From contig CAZVRY010000001.1 in NCBI GenBank assembly GCA_964629545.1, positions 27,305 to 91,304 of the forward strand: DNA of 64,000 nt, given 5' to 3'. Each line of letters begins with the position of its first letter. Position 1 is the stretch's first letter. Shown here in pieces: positions 18,301-26,893 of the stretch. The DNA is from an uncultured Verrucomicrobiota bacterium. Lineage in GTDB: Bacteria; Verrucomicrobiota; Verrucomicrobiia; Limisphaerales; CAZVRY01. Made by a program: the position numbers and the translations under genes. The notes below the pieces were generated by a model. The model was given only the letters and a program-made list of their open reading frames with translations. It did no database searches and had not been told where the DNA came from.

Positions 18301-18809
18301 TCTACACCCCGGCGGCGTGGACCGATCCTGGTTCCAGCCAACTGCACCTCGGCGTGCTGATCGGCACCACGCCCGGCACACCGTTGACCGATCCCCAGAG
18401 CGGGGCCGCCACGCTGGAAGGCGTGGTCGATCCACGCGACATCGTCGGCCTGGTGGAGGAAGCCGATCCTACGCTGCGGGCGCCCGTGCTGCCTTGCGTG
18501 CTCTATCGGTACCAGATCGTCAACGAGGCCTTTCCCCAGGTTTCTGGCGATGTGATCCAGGTTTCGCCGCTCCTGCGCGCCATCGCGCATCGCTTGGTGA
18601 CGACTCCGGACGTGCAACGAACGGCCCTGGTGGATCCGTTCATCGATGTCCGGGCGGACCTGGGCGCCAGCGGCGCCGTGGTTCGGCTTTATCTCAAGGA
18701 CACTCAACCCGCGGTGCAAGGCGCGACCTACCGCTACGTGCTCGTCCGGTTCACGGACTTGGGCGAAATCGCCGGAATCACGCACACGTCGCCCGTCACC
18801 ATTCCCTGA
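15333..18809 (+). CDS. Giant cassette protein 2, copy A (1158 aa, N-terminal membrane anchor, Fn3-like beta modules; no family recognised)
   Basis: I trimmed track ORF 14925..18809 to the ATG at 15333 (TGATG overlap with gene 1), which gives the same length as paralogue 38142..41606 (1154 aa). It has an Arg/Pro/Ser-rich tail and then the hydrophobic helix 'WLPILALLGVLFVSSF'. It contains blocks nearly identical to the paralogue (PGIPTDVSWRGPRGDLNVRLLWATPD; LKWFCPPFAVERFRVL; SGDVIQVSPL.RAIAHR). Confidence 0.85.
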   Translation: MNTLPMNRPFGNSKLKVQSSRRRPRPSSSSSSPGLWSRCAFTRTWKANGWLPILALLGVLFVSSFEPALHAQTATTAGTSLRSADGRTWAYLTWNSDQPEFLQRAVIAVFRKDGTADTAGDYRLVSVLKRDPETAVIRAALQRAQQIGENLVMVGDLVQSAFAELVPAPTLPLEEKLQVIFATAQARPDTDRLLQFLTRTQPAFALAAGQAFASEIPSGAPTTFELRVCDRIPAEAGLECTTVMGRVTVTGGSFAPLPAPGIPTDVSWRGPRGDLNVRLLWATPDPLRAEVMLQSGFQVYRVTPAHYAAHFAARAPEPGELARLSQTEPTAVGLVNLQPVYPNERFNDTEVQAFRLRRQAEDGTTDHPDLNPIPFFTVDDNHRFEPGGRPFQDGDSFYYYVVARDFLGREGLPSLPALITICGRRAPVIPKEVTVEIASLFNPAAPGPEKRDQFFNVRWARNPTNQEAVPTDAYWVYRWNSPEEVVTPPVAGAPPKLPFKTISAGDRRNLFYEAADDGAGRPLLPDADQKTYWYTVRAVRHAPCNDDLVSGHSPPVPGVLRGWEGPGRADGELTVLCHEPRAEFVSWTPQTVAVPPPGIHELELVCHREAGDRSTVWAEYYLATQDQPDPTGAGLGGDRYLGRVWFERESLTATLMARIPRTVATSVRIRCRVGSDQGTVSPPADGVLTPLDGKWPKAQVVFRSVPVPAVRAVLGTCGSGRHLTRHPETGRLEPIGVTVRYTDTTREHRIYLSIDNGPLELVARGSGPHSAVIQETIESIPGNAATLCFYVQNLDSQGLAGPMTFLGCVIAEGQQEMPVPLLAQPTPATTPDGRFTVASLKWFCPPFAVERFRVLVHTEDPALLPARLSTGLYESPSTRLERVGGKTYRVYETGRVGGNFGTAGDPNFTLAIEVQPSTKYEFLVQAASRPDDFGNVELGGFSRPAEFQWSLPIAAGDDAVVWPARGLDLAQTYVAGSPVPTVRPPPGDALYTPAAWTDPGSSQLHLGVLIGTTPGTPLTDPQSGAATLEGVVDPRDIVGLVEEADPTLRAPVLPCVLYRYQIVNEAFPQVSGDVIQVSPLLRAIAHRLVTTPDVQRTALVDPFIDVRADLGASGAVVRLYLKDTQPAVQGATYRYVLVRFTDLGEIAGITHTSPVTIP
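15369..15425 (+). repeat. Composite microsatellite: (tcaaagY)x4 heptamer tract followed by (cgtccY)-type hexamer run, inside codons 13-31 of cassette-A gene 2
   Basis: Read directly: tcaaagc tcaaagt tcaaagc tcaagg | cgtcgt ccccgt ccctcg tcctcg tcctcg. It encodes SKLKVQSSRRRPRPSSSSSS. There is no counterpart in the paralogue. Confidence 0.85.
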
Positions 18810-18819
18810 GGGCCAACCT

Positions 18820-21800
18820 ATGATCTGGAAAGGCAGAAGGCAGAAGGCAGAAGGCAGAATCCTCGCTCCTGCTCCTAATCGTAATCGTAATCGCGTCCCC
18901 TCCAGGTTCAGAGGTTCTACGCGCCAAGTCTTGCCTGGGAGGATTTTCCCCACCGACCCGACCGGTCGCGGCCCGCGCGGTGGTAGCGGCATCTCGGCAG
19001 AGTGCCGCCATTTAGCTCCTTTGGGTTCCTGGCCTGGCGCTCGACGTGAACCAACCCCGGTCTGGCGGAAACCGCGGGGAAAGCGAGCGGCTCTTGGCCA
19101 AGAGCCGCCACCCCTCCCGGTGGCGGCAGCACGTGCTGCCTGCTGGTTCACCCCATCCTCGCGATTGGCCCGTCGCGAAATGTGGCTGGCCCTTCTGCTG
19201 TTGCTGAAGCTGATGTTCTTCCCGGTCCAAGCCCAGGGCTTTGACGCGGGCGCGGAACTTTGGCTTCCCGGCGATTTCGACGGCGATGGGCTGCGCGATG
19301 TGGCGGTGGTGAATCGAGAAAGCGGTTTGATTCGATTGGGTCGCGGTCAAGCCGGGGGCGACCTGGCCTGGAGCCCGGCCTCGGCCAGCGGCCTGGCCGG
19401 CATCACGGGCATCGCGGCCGACCGCTTCGAGGACCCTGCCCGCGATGGGTTGGTGTTGGTTTCACCCGAGGCGGACCGGGTGGTCCGGTGGTCCTTCAAC
19501 GCCGTCGCCCCGACCAGTCCGAGCCTCACGTTCATCCCGATCGACGGCCTAGGACCGGTCCTGGTCGCTCCCGGGGCTTCGGCCGCCAGCGCTGGCGGAC
19601 GTCCGCAACTCGCGGTGGTTAGCGCGCTCAACGCCGGGCCGGCCGTGAATCGCTTGCACCTCCTTCGCCATCGCGCGGGAGCGTTTCAGCCGGACGCGCA
19701 GGAAGCGTTCGGCGCGGGCGTGGGCTTTCTCGGCCGGGCCGACCTGGGCGCAACCATCGGCGCGCGCAACTTCGTCTTGCGCGACGGGGCCGGTGGACTG
19801 CGGCTTGAAGTTCATGACTTCGGCGGACCGAACCGGGGTGTTCTCGCGACAGCCGTGGTGCACGGGGTGACCTCACAGGCTCGCGCGTTGGCCTTGCCGG
19901 TTTCCGAAGGGACAGCCGACCTCCTCGTGTTCGAAGCGGGTCGAGCCGAGGTGCGTTGGCTGCGCCTCTCGGTGGCGGGCGACGGCACCGCCGCGCTGGC
20001 TGCGCCCGTGACGTTGGGCTTGGCGGCCGGGCTGGAAGAGGTGCTCCCGCTCGAAGCCGGCCCGACCTGGAAGGTGGCGGTGCGCGAGCAGGGTGGACAG
20101 CGCGTCGCAGTGTATCGCTTCAACCCCACCGCACCCGCAGGACCCCGCCTGGAACGGCAAGGCGACTTTACCATGGCGCCGTCCGATTCCGTGCTGGGGG
20201 TTGTGCCGGGTTCCGGCGGAGAGCTGTTGGTGCTGGCCGGCGATGGGAGCAACGGACGGGTTGCCCGTTCCATTCGCCTGGCGCCCGACGGCGGGGGCTA
20301 TGTCGAACTAAGCCGACAATCCTTGCCGCCCATCACGCCGTGGATGCTGGGAGCGAACCTACTGCTCTTGCCTGACGCTCCTTTCATCCGCGAAGATTGG
20401 CTCCCGGTCGCCCGGCTCCGGGCCGGGGACTGGACCCGCTCGGTCAACGTCGTCCCTTTCCCCGGCACCGGCCACGCGATGGCGGAGAGCTTCGGCGGTG
20501 CGGCCGCGGGCTTGTCCAGTCCGGTTTCCTGGGATTTCGCCATGCCGACCGGGGCCATGGCAGGGCTAGTCAGTCAATACCGCCCCAACGTCAGCGTGTT
20601 CTCCTGGGCGCCCGTGAGCGAAGACCCGATGCCCTCGGTCGTGCCAACGCCGGCGGCGGGGTTTTGCGACGCGGGCACCGTGGTGCGGTTGGCGACTTCG
20701 CCCAACGCGCTCACGGCGTTCGGGGATGTTTGGTATCGCCTCGATCAGGGGGAATGGCGGGCCTACGGCGGCAGCATCGGCCCGCTGAGCCGAAACGTCG
20801 TCCTCGATTTCCAGTGGCGCCGAAACCGCGACGGCGCGCGCGGACCGATCGGGCGCGCGACCTTTTCGATCCGGCCGAGCGGCTCCGAGCCGGATTGCGA
20901 CCGGGACGGCGTGCCGGACCTGGTGGAACTGGCTCGCGGCCTGGATCCTTGCGCAAGTGGTCCCGACGGGGACGGGGACGGTTTCAGTGACTTGGCGGAG
21001 GTGGTGCACGGGACCGATCCGAACAACCGCGACATCAAACCTCCCGACACGTTCGCGCAGCCCGACCTCGAGCGCAGCGTTCAAGTCATCCTGACGCCGC
21101 AATCGCTCACCGGCGCCGCGGACTCCCCGCCGCTGCTGGCGCCCAGTCTGGCGCTGGATCCGGCTTCCTCCACGCCCTCGCCACCCACCCGGCTTTGGTT
21201 GCGCGATCCGTTTGGCCAAAGCGCGGCGAGTGTTGTTCCCACCCGCTTCGCCGCGGATCCGAACGCCGGGAACTTGCCCTACGCGGAAACACGCCTGCTG
21301 CCGGCGCCCCCGGACCTGCCCCCGGCCGGAGCTTTCACGGCCCGCGACGCCAGTTTCGCGCCTGGGTTCCTGATCGCGATCACCGGAGATCCCTTCGCAA
21401 TCCGTCTACCCGACGGCTCCACCCGCCCGAACGCCGGCCGCGAGCTGATCGGCTTCGTCCCGCCGCCGAGCACCGTCCCCGACCGCTTGGGTTTCATCCG
21501 AGGCGCGGGTTCCGACGCCGAGGAAGCGGCGCGTTGGGTGACTGAAGCCCGGGCCTTTTACGCCGCTCGACCTTCGCCCGTCGAGGTCACGCCGGTGGAC
21601 TACCTGACTTCGATGGAGGTTCTGCTGGTTGAGTACACGGTTGGTCAATTGCTCTTCCAGCGAGGGAACGTCGCGGCGCCGCGGGTGACGCTGACACCTT
21701 TCCGGGCGGGTGAGAACCTGGCCCGACCGGATCGCGTTCCGGTCCCGGCGCAGGCGTTTCTCCCATTCCACGACGACTTGCTGCGCGCGCTGCAGGAGCG

Positions 21801-24800
21801 CACCGACGGTGGATTGCCCGCCTATTCGTTGGCCGAGATGCGGCTGTTCATTCGGAACGCCCTGCGCGACGCCGGGGCTTCCGGCTCGACTCTCCGCAGC
21901 GTCGCCGCGGAGTTCTACCGAATCGCAGCGCTGCCGCCCACGCCCGCGGCTTCCCTTCCGACCTCCCCCATCGATTCCATCCGCTCCTTCCTGCACGGAG
22001 GCAACCTTCATCAGGCGATCATGACCGGGCCACATTGGAGTCTTCCGGCCGCGCAGGTGGAGGCCGCTCGGGCCGCGGTGGTCGAACTGCCGGCCCGGGT
22101 GCCGGCGCGGGTGGAGCGAGAATGGATCGCGCTCGTTCGCGGCAATCTTGCCCCCGGTGAATGCGCCCCACTCTTCGAGGAAGGCACGAGCCAGGCTCTT
22201 GCGCTGGTCGATGGCCGGGGGCGGCCCTATCCGCTCGAGTTCGGATTCGAGGTCCCACTGGAAACGCGCGTGCGCGTGCGCGGCTACGCTTTCACCGGTG
22301 GGACGGTCGCTTGCCCGGGTTTGGCCATCGAGCCCACGCGCCTGGAACTCCTGACCTTGCCCGCGGAAAACGTCCCCGACCGCAACGGCAACGGGGTGGC
22401 CGACGGCCTGGAGCGTTATTACCTCGGCGCACTCATCAGCGATCCCGACGCCGACCGCGACGGCGACGGCGTGCCGGATCTGGAGGAGTTGCGTCGGGGC
22501 ACCGATCCGGGCGAAGCGCCGGCGACGCCTCCGTTCCGCGCTTTCGGTCTCCAGGTTGCGGCACTCGGCCAAGCTCGGCCGACCCTGAACGGCACCGGTC
22601 AACTTGTCTTAAGCGACGTGACCACCTCAGGCCAGGACGGCGTGCGGTTTCAGACCGGCGAGACGGAGGGCATTCGCCTGGATTTCGATCGGTTGCTCGA
22701 AACCACGTCGCTGCCGGCTGGGGCGGAGCTCAAAGTCACCGTGCTCGGACCCGAGGGAACGCCGATGGCGGTCCTGAGGTTTGCTCGGAATATCTGGAAT
22801 CAGATCGAGACCATCCCGGATTTCGAGGGCGTCGGCTCGGGCACTTACCGGTTGCGCCTCTACCGATTTGGCCAGCGCGAGTACGACCTTCCCGGTCGGG
22901 TCGCACAGCCCCTGGGCGAATGGCCGATCTCCAACGCGCTGTGGCACGATGCCTTCCCGCAAGCCCTCCGCGTGTCCCTCCGCCCAGGGCAGGGCCTAAC
23001 CTTCGAGTATGACCTCGGCCCAGGCCGATCCACCGTGGTCTACGAAGGCGGGTTCAGTCAGTTTTCTCAACCCGACCGGGTCGAGATGTTCCCTGACGAG
23101 GTGGGAGCCCAAGTTCCAACCTTCCTGACCGGGCTCGAACTCCAAGTCACCGCCGGCGCGGAAACAGCCATCACCGGGGTCGCCATCACTCGTTTCGGCG
23201 TCGAGACGCGCGGGGCCTACGGCTCCGGCCTCGTCGGCTCCGGCCGCGACCTGCTCGCCGTCCGCACGCAACCGGAACCCCCAACGTTGCCTGCGCCGCC
23301 TTCCGCGGACGCGCCTCCAACCTGGGATCTCAGTAATCCGCTTGGTCGCTTCGGAGATTGGAACCCCGGAAACCCGGCGCGTTTCCAAGGTGCCGACCGC
23401 GCCGAGCCGGTGTTGTGTTATCTGGACCTGACCGGAAGCGCGACCTCGCCGTTCCTGGCCAGAGTCTATCGCCCCGGCAAGTCGAGCGTGCGCTGGCAGT
23501 GGGACGTCCCGGAGCTCGCCGATGGCACCTTCGTCAAGGCCGAGGTGGGAGGCCCGCTCGACCACACGCCGGGGCAACCCACCGTCACATTCGGCGCGAT
23601 TTCGATCATTCGCGTGGGTGGCCAATTCGTCCTCGGCATCGAGCCATCGGCTTCGTCGCTTCGGCTGCAACCCGGTCTTGCCTTGGAATCAGCGCCTGAT
23701 GACTGCGAACTGATCGCGCGCCTGCCCGACGGTTCGCTGCGCACGGTGCGCGGACGGCCCGCCGCGTTGAAAGTGAGTCTTGCCGCCGTCGGCGCCGCGA
23801 TTCCGTCCTTCGCGGTCGCCCGAGTCGAAGCGGATGGGGACTTGTCGATGGGCTTCGAACGGCCGGAAGGCGCGGTTCCCTGGTCGGTGTCATGGCCCGA
23901 GGGCGCGAGCGTCGCGGTCACGGCCCTGCATTGGAAACTCAAGTTAGCCCGGCCGCTGACCGCAGGCAGCCTGCGCGGCCTCATCTTATCCGGGAACCTG
24001 GCCGCACCCGTTCGCCTGACCAGCTTGGATACGAGCACGGCCAACCCGGCCCCTGGATTGACCTTCGGCGGACATCCGGTCCTGCCGCTGGGCCACGCGC
24101 GCCTGCGTTTGGATGCGTTCGGGAGCTTGGTGCTGAACGGCCTCTCGCCGAGCGGCCAGGATGGATTCCGGTTGTACCATGAAGCGGGCTTGCCGATCCA
24201 GCTCGACTTCGGTCCGCCTAACCTCGGCCTGGGGCTTTCCCCCATCACCGGCACTACGGTCCAACTGGCTGCCATCGATCCGAGCGGCGACGGCACGCCG
24301 GAGTCCGTGCTGGATGGTTCCACCTGCGCTTCCTCCTTCCTGCCGTTTGCCGTGAGGTTCCCGCGCCTGGGCGCGGTCACGTGCACGCTTCGTCTCTCGC
24401 TCGGCGGGACGGACTGGATCACCCTGCCCGGCCAACCGGCCACGGCCGCGGGCGGCTGTTTCCTGTTCTTTCCCCAAGAGCCGAACGGGCCCAGCCATGT
24501 CAGCGCCCGGGCCGAAGGCGGGCAGTTCGCGTGGACGATGGCGTGGAATCATCCGCTCTACCTCTACGTGCTCGGAGGCAGCAGTTACCGCATTGATCGA
24601 TTGGAAGTCGTCTCCGAAGGCGCCCTCCGCGCGCCCGCGGCGACTGTTCTCGAGCTGCGCGCCAGCCATCTGGGCTCCTGGACCTTGCCGACGTTCGCTA
24701 GCCCGCCCGGGAGCGGATCGCCGGACCTCAGTTTCCGTCTCGAGGCTGGACGTTTGAAAATCGAATGGGACCCAGGCGCCTCCGGTTCAGCCCGGCTGCG

Positions 24801-25794
24801 CATGGGACCCAGCGTGACCGGTCCCTGGGCGGATCTGGGTTTGGGCGAGGATCGGCCCGGTGGGCGGCGCGGCTTCGATCTCGAAACCTCAGGCCGCGAG
24901 GGCTATGTTTGGTTGCAGACGCCGAACGCCGATCCCAACCGCGCATCCTTACCCTTCACTCACGCGCAACCGCGGACGGTGGAGAACCCCTGGCGGGTGG
25001 GGGACCTCGAGTTCACCGCACTTGAGCCGGACGGCACCCACGCCCCGGAAGCGCGGATCAGTCTCTACCGGGACGACCTGACCATGGGCTACGAGGTGAA
25101 GCACCAGGTCGAACTCAAGTTGGCGCAGCCGCGGCCCCACGTCGAAATCGACTTCATCTCGGGATCCGGAATGATCGAGTTTCAGGCTTACGACGACCTC
25201 GGCGCGGCCTTGCCTCCTTACCAGTTGTTCAGGCCGACTTCGAACTACGGCGAGGCGGTGACCTTCACGGGCGCGTCCCGACCGCTGGCGCGCGTGGTCA
25301 TCACCACGTCGGGTGGACTCACCCGCATCATGAGGATTCGCGCCGGCCCCCAGCCGTTGCCCTGGGGCCGCGATGTCGCCGAACTGGCCGTGCGGCCGCT
25401 CCGCCCGTTTCAACCCGTGGGTGACACGTTGTGGACCTTCCTGGACGCGGCGGGGACCGGGCTGATGCCCGTGCTTCGGGCGGAAGCCGGCGAGACAGGT
25501 TTCGAATTGGCCCGCACCACGCAAATCGCCTTCGCCACGGACCATCGGGCCGCGGAATTGCGGTTGGTTGTGGGCGAAGGAGGCGCCACGGTGGCCGTCG
25601 ATGCCTACGCGGTTGGCCTGGGAGGGTTTGCCAGCCTACCGGACACCGCCTACCCGGCCGGCGTTCACCTCCTGAAGGTCGATGACTTCTGCAGCCCGAT
25701 CGATTGCGGGGCGACGCTCCGGTATGTGCGCCTCCGGCTCTCGGCCGGCCGGGCCATCGTGAGCCGGGTAGGCACGCAGTTCTTCGAGGAATAG
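18820..25794 (+). CDS. Giant cassette protein 3, copy A (~2324 aa; FG-GAP/VCBS-like and thrombospondin-type-3-like Ca-binding motifs, repeated beta modules)
   Basis: I trimmed track ORF 18646..25794 to the first ATG after the gene-2 stop (18820, 10-nt spacer). An alternative ATG at 19180 gives MWLALLLLLKLMFFPVQAQG. Recognisable motifs are 'LWLPGDFDGDGLRDVAVVNRESG' (~19260-19330), 'DCDRDGVPDLVE..DPCASGPDGDGDGFSDLAEVVHGTDPNNRD' (20893-21033) and 'DPDADRDGDGVPDLEELRRGTDP' (22441-22509). It is colinear with 30883..38145 (-) through to the shared C-terminus 'SAGRAIVSRVGTQFFEE' / 'SSGRAIVSRLGTPFLEE'. Confidence 0.8.
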   Translation: MIWKGRRQKAEGRILAPAPNRNRNRVPSRFRGSTRQVLPGRIFPTDPTGRGPRGGSGISAECRHLAPLGSWPGARREPTPVWRKPRGKRAALGQEPPPLPVAAARAACWFTPSSRLARREMWLALLLLLKLMFFPVQAQGFDAGAELWLPGDFDGDGLRDVAVVNRESGLIRLGRGQAGGDLAWSPASASGLAGITGIAADRFEDPARDGLVLVSPEADRVVRWSFNAVAPTSPSLTFIPIDGLGPVLVAPGASAASAGGRPQLAVVSALNAGPAVNRLHLLRHRAGAFQPDAQEAFGAGVGFLGRADLGATIGARNFVLRDGAGGLRLEVHDFGGPNRGVLATAVVHGVTSQARALALPVSEGTADLLVFEAGRAEVRWLRLSVAGDGTAALAAPVTLGLAAGLEEVLPLEAGPTWKVAVREQGGQRVAVYRFNPTAPAGPRLERQGDFTMAPSDSVLGVVPGSGGELLVLAGDGSNGRVARSIRLAPDGGGYVELSRQSLPPITPWMLGANLLLLPDAPFIREDWLPVARLRAGDWTRSVNVVPFPGTGHAMAESFGGAAAGLSSPVSWDFAMPTGAMAGLVSQYRPNVSVFSWAPVSEDPMPSVVPTPAAGFCDAGTVVRLATSPNALTAFGDVWYRLDQGEWRAYGGSIGPLSRNVVLDFQWRRNRDGARGPIGRATFSIRPSGSEPDCDRDGVPDLVELARGLDPCASGPDGDGDGFSDLAEVVHGTDPNNRDIKPPDTFAQPDLERSVQVILTPQSLTGAADSPPLLAPSLALDPASSTPSPPTRLWLRDPFGQSAASVVPTRFAADPNAGNLPYAETRLLPAPPDLPPAGAFTARDASFAPGFLIAITGDPFAIRLPDGSTRPNAGRELIGFVPPPSTVPDRLGFIRGAGSDAEEAARWVTEARAFYAARPSPVEVTPVDYLTSMEVLLVEYTVGQLLFQRGNVAAPRVTLTPFRAGENLARPDRVPVPAQAFLPFHDDLLRALQERTDGGLPAYSLAEMRLFIRNALRDAGASGSTLRSVAAEFYRIAALPPTPAASLPTSPIDSIRSFLHGGNLHQAIMTGPHWSLPAAQVEAARAAVVELPARVPARVEREWIALVRGNLAPGECAPLFEEGTSQALALVDGRGRPYPLEFGFEVPLETRVRVRGYAFTGGTVACPGLAIEPTRLELLTLPAENVPDRNGNGVADGLERYYLGALISDPDADRDGDGVPDLEELRRGTDPGEAPATPPFRAFGLQVAALGQARPTLNGTGQLVLSDVTTSGQDGVRFQTGETEGIRLDFDRLLETTSLPAGAELKVTVLGPEGTPMAVLRFARNIWNQIETIPDFEGVGSGTYRLRLYRFGQREYDLPGRVAQPLGEWPISNALWHDAFPQALRVSLRPGQGLTFEYDLGPGRSTVVYEGGFSQFSQPDRVEMFPDEVGAQVPTFLTGLELQVTAGAETAITGVAITRFGVETRGAYGSGLVGSGRDLLAVRTQPEPPTLPAPPSADAPPTWDLSNPLGRFGDWNPGNPARFQGADRAEPVLCYLDLTGSATSPFLARVYRPGKSSVRWQWDVPELADGTFVKAEVGGPLDHTPGQPTVTFGAISIIRVGGQFVLGIEPSASSLRLQPGLALESAPDDCELIARLPDGSLRTVRGRPAALKVSLAAVGAAIPSFAVARVEADGDLSMGFERPEGAVPWSVSWPEGASVAVTALHWKLKLARPLTAGSLRGLILSGNLAAPVRLTSLDTSTANPAPGLTFGGHPVLPLGHARLRLDAFGSLVLNGLSPSGQDGFRLYHEAGLPIQLDFGPPNLGLGLSPITGTTVQLAAIDPSGDGTPESVLDGSTCASSFLPFAVRFPRLGAVTCTLRLSLGGTDWITLPGQPATAAGGCFLFFPQEPNGPSHVSARAEGGQFAWTMAWNHPLYLYVLGGSSYRIDRLEVVSEGALRAPAATVLELRASHLGSWTLPTFASPPGSGSPDLSFRLEAGRLKIEWDPGASGSARLRMGPSVTGPWADLGLGEDRPGGRRGFDLETSGREGYVWLQTPNADPNRASLPFTHAQPRTVENPWRVGDLEFTALEPDGTHAPEARISLYRDDLTMGYEVKHQVELKLAQPRPHVEIDFISGSGMIEFQAYDDLGAALPPYQLFRPTSNYGEAVTFTGASRPLARVVITTSGGLTRIMRIRAGPQPLPWGRDVAELAVRPLRPFQPVGDTLWTFLDAAGTGLMPVLRAEAGETGFELARTTQIAFATDHRAAELRLVVGEGGATVAVDAYAVGLGGFASLPDTAYPAGVHLLKVDDFCSPIDCGATLRYVRLRLSAGRAIVSRVGTQFFEE
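18831..18894 (+). repeat. Composite microsatellite: (aggcaga)x4 heptamer tract, then (gctcct)-type and (aatcgt)x3 hexamer runs, just after the 18820 ATG
   Basis: Read directly: aggcaga aggcaga aggcaga aggcaga atcctc gctcct gctcct aatcgt aatcgt aatcgc. It encodes GRRQKAEGRILAPAPNRNRNR if the 18820 start is used. Confidence 0.85.
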
Positions 25795-25879
25795 GCCCGA
25801 AATCCGCGTTTCCATCGTGAATGGCTCCCCTTCCGCGAGGATTCGAGTTCGGAATGGTCTCGGGCGGGACCGGGGGGGC

Positions 25880-26050
25880 ATGGCGCCACTTGTCCACCAC
25901 CGCCCAGAGGTTGACCGGCGTGATGGACCTTCCGAACTTGAGCGCGCGCACGCTGCCATCGGCGAACCCGTAGTTGGAGCTGCCGGCCCGGGAGTTCTTG
26001 CCGCCACCGTGCCGACCATGTTCCAGCTCTTCCATATCGTTGCCCTTCAC
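25880..26050 (-). pseudogene. C-terminal fragment of an H-X9-DG / prepilin-like (type II secretion pseudopilin-family) protein
   Basis: 'HGRHGGGKNSRAGSSNYGFADGSVRALKFGRSITPVNLWAVVDKWRH' carries the H-x(n)-DG motif and the 'NLWAV' tail that are common at the C-termini of PVC DUF1559-type proteins. The N-terminal methylation domain is missing, and the frame runs on into the end of the 18820..25794 gene without a proper stop. Confidence 0.5.
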
Positions 26051-26065
26051 CCCCTAAAGGGGTCA

Positions 26066-26353
26066 GTGCATGCGTATTGTCTGATGCCCAACCATTTTCA
26101 TCTGGTGGTCGAGGCGCCCCAGCCGACGTTGGTGGCCGGGATGAAGTGATTTCTGGGCACCTTCACCGGCAGGTTCAACCGACGGCACAAGCTGTTCGGG
26201 CATTTGTTCAGTGGCCGGTACAAGTCGCTGATCGTGGATGGCTCGGGCATCGGTTATCTGCGCACGGTCTGCGAGTATGTGCATCTGAATCCGGCGCGGG
26301 CGAAGCTACTGCGGCCGGAGCAGGCGTTGCGGGACTATCGGTGGAGCAGTTGG
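26066..26353 (+). mobile_element. Degraded IS200/RAYT-like Y1 (HUH) transposase gene fragment with an in-frame TGA
   Basis: 'VHAYCLMPNHFHLVVEAPQPTLVAGMK*FLGTFTGRFNRRHKLFGHLFSGRYKSLIVDGSGIGYLRTVCEYVHLNPARAKLLRPEQALRDYRWSSW'. It has the HUH motif (NHFHLV) and the catalytic-Tyr region (GRYKS). The TGA at 26147-26149 replaces the Trp that is normally found in 'GMKW'. The N-terminal ~60 aa and the C-terminus are absent. Confidence 0.7.
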
Positions 26354-26718
26354 TCGAGAGCATCCGTTAAGGCTTCAGGAGCCTGGAGCCAATCCCGGTA
26401 TTCGAGGCTATTCTCCAAGGCAGGAAGCGCCTCAAGTTCCTCGGGTTCAACTTGATGCTCGAATTGCGCCAAGCGCCAGTGCTTGCGGTTGAGATTGAAA
26501 ACCTCGTTTGTTAGAATCTTGAATATCCATCCCCGGATATGGTAATCCTCGTGATAGCGGTCGAAAGCCTTGAATGCATTCATGGCCGCATTCTGGAGGG
26601 CATCCGGCGCGTCTTGTTCGTTCCAGACCAACCGCCGGCAATAAACCTCCAACTCACACCGCAACGGGCGCAGCAGAGTCAGAAAGTTCTCGGCCAATTC
26701 AGTCCGGGCTTGGTTCAT
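26335..26718 (-). pseudogene. Truncated ECF-type sigma factor (region 2 only, 127 aa)
   Basis: Starting at the ATG at 26718: 'MNQARTELAENFLTLLRPLRCELEVYCRRLVWNEQDAPDALQNAAMNAFKAFDRYHEDYHIRGWIFKILTNEVFNLNRK...'. This is the sigma-70 region 2 pattern (DA.D..Q......A......Y.......W...I..N). No region 4 HTH is present, and the 3' end abuts the transposase fragment. Confidence 0.5.
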
Positions 26719-26893
26719 GACGATTTCCACCCAGTCTAATCCAATCGCGGGCAGATTTATTACAATAATCTCCGATGCCCGGCGAAATGGAGCCCGAGAG
26801 AGGGTTCGCCGCCTGCAGGCCCTGAATTGAGTGGCGCGGACGACCCCTGTTTCGGAATAATCCGGCGATGCCGCCGTCCTCATCCCCGGACCC

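Noticed and set aside
9919-25794. An analogy to ABC-type Tc toxin complexes, which also have three giant genes with FG-GAP-like repeats in one of them.
   Set aside because: I could see no RHS/YD repeats, no SpvB-like N-terminus and no TcA-like features. Gene sizes and order do not match. Proteins 2 and 3 appear membrane-anchored rather than forming a soluble cocoon. Only a structure-based search could settle this.
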